Below are positions 16,053 to 23,781 of a DNA stretch of 38,611 nt, piece after piece. Position 1 is the stretch's first letter. The number at the start of each line of letters is the position of its first letter. The DNA is from an uncultured Treponemataceae bacterium. GTDB lineage: Bacteria > Spirochaetota > Spirochaetia > Treponematales > Treponemataceae. The notes beneath the pieces are model-generated. The model searched no databases. It was not told the DNA's origin and saw nothing but the letters and a program-made list of their open reading frames with translations. The position numbers and the translations under genes are program-made. The DNA is taken from positions 1 through 38,611 of the forward strand of contig CAYJJW010000002.1 in assembly GCA_964370555.1 (NCBI GenBank), read 5' to 3'.

Positions 16053-17432
16053 ATGAGTAAATATACCCCTGAAGAACCTATTGTAGCTATTGCAACGGCT
16101 CTTTCTCCTGCTGCTCTTGGAATTGTTAGGGTGTCAGGAAAAGAGTGCCTTTCTCTTCTTTCTACAGTGTTTACTCGTCCAAAAGCCTTATTAGAAGCAG
16201 AGGGAAATACATTAGTGTATGGATGGATAATAAATAAATCTGAAAATGAAAAAATAGATGAAGTAATGGTTGGTGTTTATCATGGGCCAAAAAGTTTTAC
16301 CGGCGAAAATATGGCAGAAATCTATTGTCATGGCGGAACAGTTACTGTTTTGGCAATATTTAATTTACTGCAAAAAGCAGGTTTTCGCCTTGCAGAACCG
16401 GGGGAGTTTACTTTTCGCTCATATATTAACCGAAAAATAGACTTAACGAAGGCAGAAGCAGTACACGAAATTATTGATTCTAAGACAGATGAAAGCCGTG
16501 CAAGAGCTGCCGGGCGTTTGGCCGGTAATTTGTTCTCAGAGTTAGATGATATAAAAAAACTTCTCGTTGAAACACTTGCAGATATAGAAGCTGAAGTAGA
16601 GTATCCAGAAGATGAAAATGCTATTTCTAATGCATATAATCCTGAAAAATTAGTTAGGGCCCATTCACATTTAACGAGAATAGCACAAAGTTGGCAAAGC
16701 GAAAAACTTTATCAAGAAGGGGCGCGTATTGTTTTATCAGGGAAAACGAATGCAGGCAAGTCCAGTTTGTTTAACATTTTGCTAAAAGAAGATCGTGCAA
16801 TAGTATCAGATATTCACGGAACAACGCGCGACTGGATTGAAAGCTGGTTGTCGATAGGTGGTATTCCTGCAAGGCTTTTTGATACAGCAGGATTAAGAAT
16901 TACAGATGATATTATTGAACAAGCCGGCGTTGAAAGATCCCAAGAATTAGCGCAAGAAGCAGATCTTGTTTTATATTTGGTAGATATTTCAAATGGAATG
17001 CAAGAAGAAGAAATAAAAACAATAGAATCTTTTACATCTCCAGTAGTAATTGTATGGAATAAATGCGATAAAATTGATAAACAAACTGTAGAGAAAACTA
17101 AAACAAAGCTTTTGTGTCCTCAAGTGTATATTAGTTCAAAACTAGGAGAAGGTGTTCCCGATTTAGTTTCAGCGATTCAAACTATTTTATTGGACAAAGG
17201 CAAAACAGAGAAAACTCAAGCTGGATTGGGCTCTCAGAGGCAAAAAAAGGCCGTAGACGATGCTTTAGAAGCTTTAACACATACTTTAGAAGCAACTCAA
17301 AAAAATCTACCCTTAGATGCTGTTTCACAGGATTTAGAAGAGGCTTTGTTTCACTTAGGAGAAGTCACAGGCGAAGTAAGTCCTGATGATATTCTACAAA
17401 GTATCTTTTCGCGTTTTTGTGTAGGAAAATAA
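16053..17432 (+). CDS. mnmE: tRNA modification GTPase MnmE
   Basis: It has the G1 motif GKTNAGKSSLFN, the G3 motif FDTAGLR and NKCD, plus the diagnostic C-terminal tetrapeptide CVGK (FCVGK). Confidence 0.95.
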   Translation: MSKYTPEEPIVAIATALSPAALGIVRVSGKECLSLLSTVFTRPKALLEAEGNTLVYGWIINKSENEKIDEVMVGVYHGPKSFTGENMAEIYCHGGTVTVLAIFNLLQKAGFRLAEPGEFTFRSYINRKIDLTKAEAVHEIIDSKTDESRARAAGRLAGNLFSELDDIKKLLVETLADIEAEVEYPEDENAISNAYNPEKLVRAHSHLTRIAQSWQSEKLYQEGARIVLSGKTNAGKSSLFNILLKEDRAIVSDIHGTTRDWIESWLSIGGIPARLFDTAGLRITDDIIEQAGVERSQELAQEADLVLYLVDISNGMQEEEIKTIESFTSPVVIVWNKCDKIDKQTVEKTKTKLLCPQVYISSKLGEGVPDLVSAIQTILLDKGKTEKTQAGLGSQRQKKAVDDALEALTHTLEATQKNLPLDAVSQDLEEALFHLGEVTGEVSPDDILQSIFSRFCVGK

Positions 17433-17437
17433 AAAGC

Positions 17438-17704
17438 TTACCTTGATTTCTTTTTAGAGCCAAAGAGGGGGGTCATTTTATCTTCTAAGTTATATTTAGC
17501 AATTATAAATTTTGTAGTTTTTTGATAAATAACCATTCCTGCAACAACCGCTAATATAAAAATAACAGGAAGTGCGGGGCCAATATTTTCTTTTAATACA
17601 AACCCTGCAAGAACTGTGAATAAAACAATTAACATAATTGTTACTATAATGTTTGCCAATGTTCCTAAAATTAGGAATAAAACAGTGTTTTGTGTCTTTG
17701 TCAT
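17438..17704 (-). CDS. Small two-helix membrane protein (88 aa), translationally coupled to lspA
   Basis: An AAGGAG SD lies 7 nt upstream. The junction with lspA is an overlapping TAATG stop/start. The protein has two hydrophobic helices and a basic tail (GSKKKSR). Confidence 0.65.
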   Translation of the reverse strand: MTKTQNTVLFLILGTLANIIVTIMLIVLFTVLAGFVLKENIGPALPVIFILAVVAGMVIYQKTTKFIIAKYNLEDKMTPLFGSKKKSR

Positions 17705-18276
17705 TATTGTTCTCCTTCTTTTTCTGTTTTTGTTTCATTGATTGCATCTTTAATAAAAGAAACAAGGAGCAATAGCCCACTCACAACTACAGCCATGTCA
17801 GCAACATTAAAAACAGGCCATCTAGTTAAATAAAATCCTAAAAAATCAATGTCAAAAAAATCTACATCAATAAAGTCTACAACTCCACCGGGTCTAAAAA
17901 ACCTATCTATTAGATTGCCCAAGCCTCCACCAATAATGCCCCATATGCACCATTGTTGTAATCGGTTTAATTCATTTGTTTTAAAGTAGTATATTATAAC
18001 ACCAATTAATACAAGTAAGGGAAACCACTTTAATAGCACTGCTCTAAATAAAGGTTCAAAGTCGTGTCCAAAACTAAATGCAGCTCCGGTATTCCACACG
18101 TGTGTTATTCTTAAAAAACCATCAAAAAAGCTCGCATAGATTGTGCCAAATTCAATAGTATTAAATACCAAATATTTTGTAATTTGATCAATTATTATAA
18201 TTAGTATAGCTAAAAAAACCGGCATAATAAGGCTTGGCTTTTTTTCTTTTTTATCTTCAATTTGTAATGATTCCAT
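17704..18276 (-). CDS. lspA: Lipoprotein signal peptidase (signal peptidase II)
   Basis: Family motifs WNTGAAFSFG, VVDFIDV and FNVADMAV are present, the last two with the catalytic Asp residues. An AGGGAGA SD precedes ATG 18276. Confidence 0.9.
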   Translation of the reverse strand: MESLQIEDKKEKKPSLIMPVFLAILIIIIDQITKYLVFNTIEFGTIYASFFDGFLRITHVWNTGAAFSFGHDFEPLFRAVLLKWFPLLVLIGVIIYYFKTNELNRLQQWCIWGIIGGGLGNLIDRFFRPGGVVDFIDVDFFDIDFLGFYLTRWPVFNVADMAVVVSGLLLLVSFIKDAINETKTEKEGEQ

Positions 18277-18320
18277 TAGTTCTCCCTAAACACTATTATA
18301 AACAAATTTATATATAATGC

Positions 18321-19088
18321 CTATAGCCCTGTTGGGATATTTAAAAAGACTGTATTAATATTCTTTTCGCTCTGAAGTTTTTTTGCTAAAAGAGAAACAC
18401 CTACAATTTCTGTATTATAATGTCCACCTGCCATAACATTTATACAAGCTTCTTTTGCAAGATGATATGATTCATGAGATAATTCCCCTGTAATATATAA
18501 ATCTAAAGAGTTTTCAATGGCTTCTGTCAGTAAATCTTCGGCCCCTCCTGAAACAACTGCAACCGTTTTTATTTCTTTTTTACCAAAGGGGAATACAATA
18601 ATTGGACTTTCATCAGGTGGTAGAAGCATTTTGGCTATGCTGTCCATGCTCATAGGGGTATTATAGGAACCTTGTACCCCTATTGTCATATTGTTCCACA
18701 TTCCAAAAGGTTCTAAATTTTGTAACCCTATTTGTCTTGCTAGCCCGTAATTGTTTCCAACTTCGCTGTTTGCATCTAATGGAATATGACATGCATAGAG
18801 GGCGATATTATTTTCAATAAGTGTTTTTAATCTGTTGTAATGTCCTGAAATAATTGTTTGTTCATGCCCCCAAAAAAGCCCGTGATGAACAACTAAAACC
18901 TGTGCTTTGCTTTCAACAGCCTTTTCAATTGTTTCTATACAAGCATCTACTGCAAAGGCAACAGTATGTATTGTGTCTGTTTGAGGTTTGGCATTTTGAA
19001 CCTGTATACCATTTTTTGATGGATCCTTTGCATAAAGTTCAAAATTTAAAAAAGATCTAAAGTATTCATCTAAGTCTGTTAATGTCAT
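18321..19088 (-). CDS. Nif3-family dinuclear-metal-centre protein (YbgI/YqfO-like)
   Basis: Motifs VLVVHHGLFW, CHIPLD and GGHYNTE are present. The length of 255 aa is typical for the family. Confidence 0.85.
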   Translation of the reverse strand: MTLTDLDEYFRSFLNFELYAKDPSKNGIQVQNAKPQTDTIHTVAFAVDACIETIEKAVESKAQVLVVHHGLFWGHEQTIISGHYNRLKTLIENNIALYACHIPLDANSEVGNNYGLARQIGLQNLEPFGMWNNMTIGVQGSYNTPMSMDSIAKMLLPPDESPIIVFPFGKKEIKTVAVVSGGAEDLLTEAIENSLDLYITGELSHESYHLAKEACINVMAGGHYNTEIVGVSLLAKKLQSEKNINTVFLNIPTGL

Positions 19089-20182
19089 TTTGTTTCCTCT
19101 TTAAATATTTTTTCTGTTTCATTAATAAGAAGTCGCGCCAGTCTAAGTTGAGGTTTTTCGCTTTTTGCAAAATTACGAAAAGTATTAAAATCTTCCCAGT
19201 TGTCAAACTTTGAAAGATACGCATCAAAAGGGTTTGTAAAAGCAAAATCACAAAAACCTTTACCGTAATATGATTCAATTATAGTGTCTTTAGTTTGAGA
19301 AAAAACACCGGCAACAAAATTGGGGTACTTTTGTTGGGCTGCTTGTGCAATTTCTGCAGTGTCTCCTTCCGCAAAAATAATTACCGAAGTATATGTTTGC
19401 CCTGCTAAAGAAAGTAATGTTTCAAGTTCTAATTCTTTTTGTTTAAGAAAAGCATTTTTTTGAGAATCAGTCAATTCTCCCATAAAATGCAAAGTAAATG
19501 GTGTTAAAACAGGGTTTTTGTTAATAGTATCGTCAATACGCAACCCTGTTTTTGGCGCATCAGGGGCATAAAAATCTCCACAAAAAACATTGAGCCCCAT
19601 GTTTGCTATTTCTGAAAGTCTAACTTGGGAGTCAAAAGAAGTTGTTCCGATAGGGTTTAAATAAATTACCGCAAAACTTTGTGGTACGTTTTCAAAAGAA
19701 TTCGTTTGTAAACCCTTGTATTCCGTAATTACCAAGTTTGTTTTATCAAAAAAGCTCTCTTTTTGAACAAATCCACGTGAAAAAGAGCCGGTATATAAAT
19801 TTCTTTGCAGTAAATTTGTATTACTATCTACTGGTCTAAAAAGTATGCAGAGTATACCAATTACTAAAACAAAAAAAGCTTCTGCATATGAAAAAAAACA
19901 AAAAAGAGTACTGTAACGCGCAGAATATAAAGAGTTAAACAAACGATATAAACTTGCAATGTTGCTAATAAAAACTAACAAAGATATGCAAAAAACTATA
20001 AGTGCAATGATGCTAAAGCCAAAGATAAAAAAAAGTAAGGCACTCAATACTACTGCAACAAAAGATAAAATTGCAATTGAATCGGTGTAAAGGGTCTTTT
20101 TTACTAAAGGTCTTAGAGTTGTAATAAGTAATAGTGCTAGTACCAAAAGCTGTGATATAAGCATATCATTAAAGAATTCCAT
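19085..20182 (-). CDS. Hypothetical membrane protein (four N-terminal helices plus a ~240-aa soluble C-terminal domain)
   Basis: I prefer the ATG at 20182 (MEFFNDMLISQLLVLALLL..) over the GTG at 20215. No motif I recognise. The stop overlaps the Nif3 start by 4 nt (ATGA). Confidence 0.6.
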   Translation of the reverse strand: MEFFNDMLISQLLVLALLLITTLRPLVKKTLYTDSIAILSFVAVVLSALLFFIFGFSIIALIVFCISLLVFISNIASLYRLFNSLYSARYSTLFCFFSYAEAFFVLVIGILCILFRPVDSNTNLLQRNLYTGSFSRGFVQKESFFDKTNLVITEYKGLQTNSFENVPQSFAVIYLNPIGTTSFDSQVRLSEIANMGLNVFCGDFYAPDAPKTGLRIDDTINKNPVLTPFTLHFMGELTDSQKNAFLKQKELELETLLSLAGQTYTSVIIFAEGDTAEIAQAAQQKYPNFVAGVFSQTKDTIIESYYGKGFCDFAFTNPFDAYLSKFDNWEDFNTFRNFAKSEKPQLRLARLLINETEKIFKEETK

Positions 20183-20316
20183 GTAATTATAATAATGGAA
20201 ATGTAAAAATAACACAACCGATTTTTATGCATACAGTAAAAGATACACAAAGAAAAATCTTTTTTTAATAGAAATTTAAAAAATCCTTTTTCGCATCTTT
20301 ACTTTTTTCTATTTTA

Positions 20317-20325
20317 TGGTATAAT
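20317..20325 (+). promoter_or_regulatory. Perfect extended -10 promoter (TGgTATAAT), with the ATG 6 nt downstream
   Basis: TG at 20317-20318 and TATAAT at 20320..20325, then the 6 nt ATGTGT, then ATG at 20332. A -35-like TTTACT lies at 20298..20303. Confidence 0.55.
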
Positions 20326-20331
20326 ATGTGT

Positions 20332-21828
20332 ATGGCAGATTCAAAATTAGACACTTCAAAAATACAAAAGGCAGTACAAGCGGGTATTCCTTTATCAATT
20401 ACTACTCATACGCTTCCACATGAGATGGAATTATATATGGCAGAAGTTTTAGTTGCTTTTTTAAAAGAATTAAACCAAGAAGCAATGTCAGAATACTTAA
20501 TCTACTGTTTAAACGAACTTACAACAAATGCAAAAAAAGCCAATACAAAACGTGTTTATTTTAAAGAGAAAGGTTTTGATATTACAAACCTAGATGATTA
20601 TGACGAAGGAATGAAAACTTTCAAAGCTGACACTCTTGATAACATTAAGCATTATTTAAAAATGCAACAAGAACAAGGCTATTACATAAAACTTATTTTC
20701 CAGCACAGAGCAGGAAAAATTAAAATTGAAATACGAAACAATGCCCCTTTAACAATTTTTGAATACAAGAGAATACATGATAAAATTGCTAGAGCACAAA
20801 GATATTCATCTGTAGATGATGCTTTTTCACAAATTCTAGATGATTCAGAAGGTGCTGGATTAGGAATCATTATTATGATTCTTATGCTTAAAAAGCTAGG
20901 TTTAACCGGAGACAATTTTCAAGTTTTTTCAGAAAACGAAGAAACTGTTTCTCGAATTATTTTACCTTTATCTAATGACTTACAAGAAAAAATGTCTCTT
21001 CTTTCAAAAGAATTAGTAGACATGATAGATCAGTTACCACAATTTCCAGAAAATATTATTCATATTAATAATATGTTAAATGACCCTGAGTTTAAATTAT
21101 CAGATATTGCAAGAAGTATCAGTAGTGATGTTTCTTTAACTGCCGATCTTTTAAAATTGGTAAACTCTGCTGCCTTCTCGCTTTCAAATCCTTGTCGGAA
21201 CATTCCGGATGCGGTTAAGCTTGTTGGAACACGAGGAATAAAAAACTTACTATACTCCGTTGGTTCAATGAAAACAGTTGGAACAGCAACAAAGGAACAA
21301 AAAAGTTTATGGCAACACAGCCATAGAGTAGCTTTTTATTCTTATAATTTAAGTAGAAACTTCTTTTCAAAACAACGTGATGTTATTGAAGATTCATATG
21401 TTTGTGGTCTTTTACATGATATGGGTAAAGGTGTTTTTTATTCTGCACAACCGCACTTTATGACAAAGCTTAAAAATCTAAGTGAAGAAAAAACTATAGA
21501 ACCTCATACTTTTGAAAAACTGCTTTCAGGGCAAAATCACGCTGAAATAGGGGCTCTTATTGCCGCAAAGTGGAATTTCCCTCCGGTTATTGTTGAAACC
21601 CTTCGGTTGCACCATGAACCAATAGTTGAAAAACCTCTTTCTGTTGTGGTGTATTTTGCGAATATGCTAGCTAATTATCAAGAAGGTGGCGTTGAGTTCT
21701 ATCAATTTGATACGGAAATACTTGAAGTATTTAAAATATCTGGAGAAGAACAGTTGCTTCAATTATCAGAAAAACTTAAACATGCGTTTGAGTCTGAGAA
21801 TGAAGACGATATGTCCACGTCTGCATAA
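20332..21828 (+). CDS. Signalling protein: N-terminal GHKL (RsbW/SpoIIAB-like) ATPase-fold domain fused to a C-terminal HDOD domain
   Basis: The N-box is NELTTNAKKAN and a G2-like box is SEGAGLGIIIM. The HDOD region runs LPQFPENIIHINNMLNDPEFKLSDIARSISSDVSLTADLLKLVNSAAF .. GLLHDMGK .. HAEIGALIAAKWNFP. The ATG at 20326 in the ORF track abuts the -10 hexamer, so I use 20332. Confidence 0.7.
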   Translation: MADSKLDTSKIQKAVQAGIPLSITTHTLPHEMELYMAEVLVAFLKELNQEAMSEYLIYCLNELTTNAKKANTKRVYFKEKGFDITNLDDYDEGMKTFKADTLDNIKHYLKMQQEQGYYIKLIFQHRAGKIKIEIRNNAPLTIFEYKRIHDKIARAQRYSSVDDAFSQILDDSEGAGLGIIIMILMLKKLGLTGDNFQVFSENEETVSRIILPLSNDLQEKMSLLSKELVDMIDQLPQFPENIIHINNMLNDPEFKLSDIARSISSDVSLTADLLKLVNSAAFSLSNPCRNIPDAVKLVGTRGIKNLLYSVGSMKTVGTATKEQKSLWQHSHRVAFYSYNLSRNFFSKQRDVIEDSYVCGLLHDMGKGVFYSAQPHFMTKLKNLSEEKTIEPHTFEKLLSGQNHAEIGALIAAKWNFPPVIVETLRLHHEPIVEKPLSVVVYFANMLANYQEGGVEFYQFDTEILEVFKISGEEQLLQLSEKLKHAFESENEDDMSTSA

Positions 21829-22615
21829 GAATGCCAAAGGCTACACCCACATTTAATGAAGCTTTAATTCCTGTAAGAGGAATGCTAACGCATCCATAGT
21901 CTGCTCTTTTTAAAGCTTCGGGGCTTACCCCTAATTCTTCTGACCCAATGATTACAATTCCTTTTTCAGGAAAGATAAATTCTTCTATAGGTGTTCCACC
22001 TGTTTCAAGAGCAAAAACAGGTAAGTCCTTTGGAAGATCTTCTAATGAGCATCGATTTGTTTTTATATATTTTGAACAGCCCATTGCAGAACGTTGTGCT
22101 CTCTGATGATTTTCATCGGTGCAAAATGGGGATAAAAACATTCCTTCAGCCCCAAAAGCTTCCGCTGTTCTGTAAATAGAGCCTAAATTAAATGGCGATC
22201 TAATGTCTTCTGCGTAAACATACACATTTGGAAAATAATTACGTTCTTCTGTAGGATCTGCATGAGGGGCAATAACCAAATCCCATTCTGCAGGAAAAGT
22301 ACCAATTATTTCTAAGAGCCTGTTTCGCGCATAATTACACGCTCGTCTTTCATCAAAAGGAATTTGATGTAATAGTGCATAGAGTTCTTCGTGGGCGAAT
22401 TTTGGTAGTTTTGGGTCATCTAAAACAAGAGTAACAAGTTTTTTTGTGTATTCAACTCGAGGCATATTTGCAAAGAGAGATGGATCATTTTGTTCTATGG
22501 TGTTATAATCGCTGTCTATACCGGCAATGATTCGTTCGAGAGCTCCAAAACAAAGAGCTATTTTTCGTCTTCTAAAGCCGGGTTTTAATTGAAAGAGTTT
22601 TTCTGGTTCTATCAT
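21776..22615 (-). CDS. SpoU/TrmH-family RNA 2'-O-methyltransferase with a ~130-aa N-terminal extension
   Basis: The SPOUT motifs are present: PFNLGSIYRTAEAFGA, IVIIGSEELGVS and IPLTGIKASLNVGVAFGILM. Confidence 0.8.
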   Translation of the reverse strand: MIEPEKLFQLKPGFRRRKIALCFGALERIIAGIDSDYNTIEQNDPSLFANMPRVEYTKKLVTLVLDDPKLPKFAHEELYALLHQIPFDERRACNYARNRLLEIIGTFPAEWDLVIAPHADPTEERNYFPNVYVYAEDIRSPFNLGSIYRTAEAFGAEGMFLSPFCTDENHQRAQRSAMGCSKYIKTNRCSLEDLPKDLPVFALETGGTPIEEFIFPEKGIVIIGSEELGVSPEALKRADYGCVSIPLTGIKASLNVGVAFGILMQTWTYRLHSQTQTHV

Positions 22616-22620
22616 ATGTA

Positions 22621-23769
22621 TTAAAATGCGTTTTTAATTATTTCAAAAACATCATCTGCAGACATAGAACGAGAAAAAGAATACATTCCTGCCAGCTGTT
22701 CTGTGTTTTCTGCAACTAATGACAATTGTTCCATTGAAATTGAAAGATCTTTTAGTCTTGCTGGTAAGTTTGTAACAGCAATCTTATTTCTAATTGTTTC
22801 AGAAAGAGATGCAATTGCCTCTTCATTAGTCATGTCGTGGGTTGCAACTTTTAAATATCTTGAAACTTTTGCTATTCTTTCATTTTTATATCGTGATACT
22901 TCTTCAACAATATACGGAAGCAAAATTGTTGATGTTAATGACCGTGAAATTCTATGGCGTGCATTCACAGAAAGGCTTATTCCTGAGCCTATACCAATTG
23001 AACTGGAAGCAGCTGCTAAAGATATCATGCTGGAAGCTTGTAAAGAAAGTGCTTCGCGTGATGATGTAGGGGTATCAGATTGAACATCATTTATTACTGT
23101 GCTCAATAATTCTAAGGCTTTTTCTATAAGACTGTCAGAAAAGAAATTTGCTCTTTGTGATGTATATGCTTCTATCGCAATGCATAACATGTGAAGAAGC
23201 ATAGATGTTCTTTGACTTTCTGTAAAGGAAACAGTAAGGGTTGGGTCAAAAACTGCCAGTTTACATAAACCAGATTGCATTTTTAAAACTTTCACTTGTC
23301 GGCTTCGCCCGTCTATTATGGGAGTTCTATCTGCAAAAATAAAAGGGTCGCAAAGTGTTGTTGGGACACATATTACAGGAAGAGCCCCGGTTGTAGGAAC
23401 AGTTCCTTCTACAAAGTCGTATATATCATGTAATTCATGAAATAAGGCAGCCGCACTTCTTGCTACATTACTTATTTTTGTTCCACCCACAGAAATAATT
23501 CCGTGAATATGAGCTTCTTTTCCAAGTTTAAATACTTGTTGTATAATACTCGCATCGGGCGCAGGTGGAATTTCATCATAAACAAAAAAGTCAATGCTAC
23601 GCTCATGTAGTGCTGCGGTAATTTTTTCGGTTATTCCAAATTCGGTAAGAACAGGGTCGATTAAAAGCATAAATCGAGTACCCCATTCTTTTGCAAATTG
23701 CCCAAGTCGGCTAGAAGAGTAAGAACCTAGAACAATGTTTGGAGATAACTTAAAAACAAAATCTGCCAT
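22621..23769 (-). CDS. Iron-containing alcohol dehydrogenase-fold protein with degenerate cofactor and metal motifs
   Basis: The length (382 aa) and colinear blocks match the Fe-ADH family (..GIISVGGTKISNVARSAA.., ..PVICVPTT.., ..IAIEAYTS.., ..ILLPYIVE..). However, GGGS has become GGTK, and TTxGTGSE has become TTLCDPFI. The positions I align to the four metal ligands are H, I, S and R. Confidence 0.65.
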   Translation of the reverse strand: MADFVFKLSPNIVLGSYSSSRLGQFAKEWGTRFMLLIDPVLTEFGITEKITAALHERSIDFFVYDEIPPAPDASIIQQVFKLGKEAHIHGIISVGGTKISNVARSAAALFHELHDIYDFVEGTVPTTGALPVICVPTTLCDPFIFADRTPIIDGRSRQVKVLKMQSGLCKLAVFDPTLTVSFTESQRTSMLLHMLCIAIEAYTSQRANFFSDSLIEKALELLSTVINDVQSDTPTSSREALSLQASSMISLAAASSSIGIGSGISLSVNARHRISRSLTSTILLPYIVEEVSRYKNERIAKVSRYLKVATHDMTNEEAIASLSETIRNKIAVTNLPARLKDLSISMEQLSLVAENTEQLAGMYSFSRSMSADDVFEIIKNAF

Positions 23770-23781
23770 ACAAACTCTGTT

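Noticed and set aside
22703-23083. 126-aa and 75-aa plus-strand ORFs antisense to the Fe-ADH-fold gene
   Set aside because: There are no translation signals or motifs. Such ORFs are common opposite long genes in low-GC DNA where stop codons are depleted in one antisense frame.
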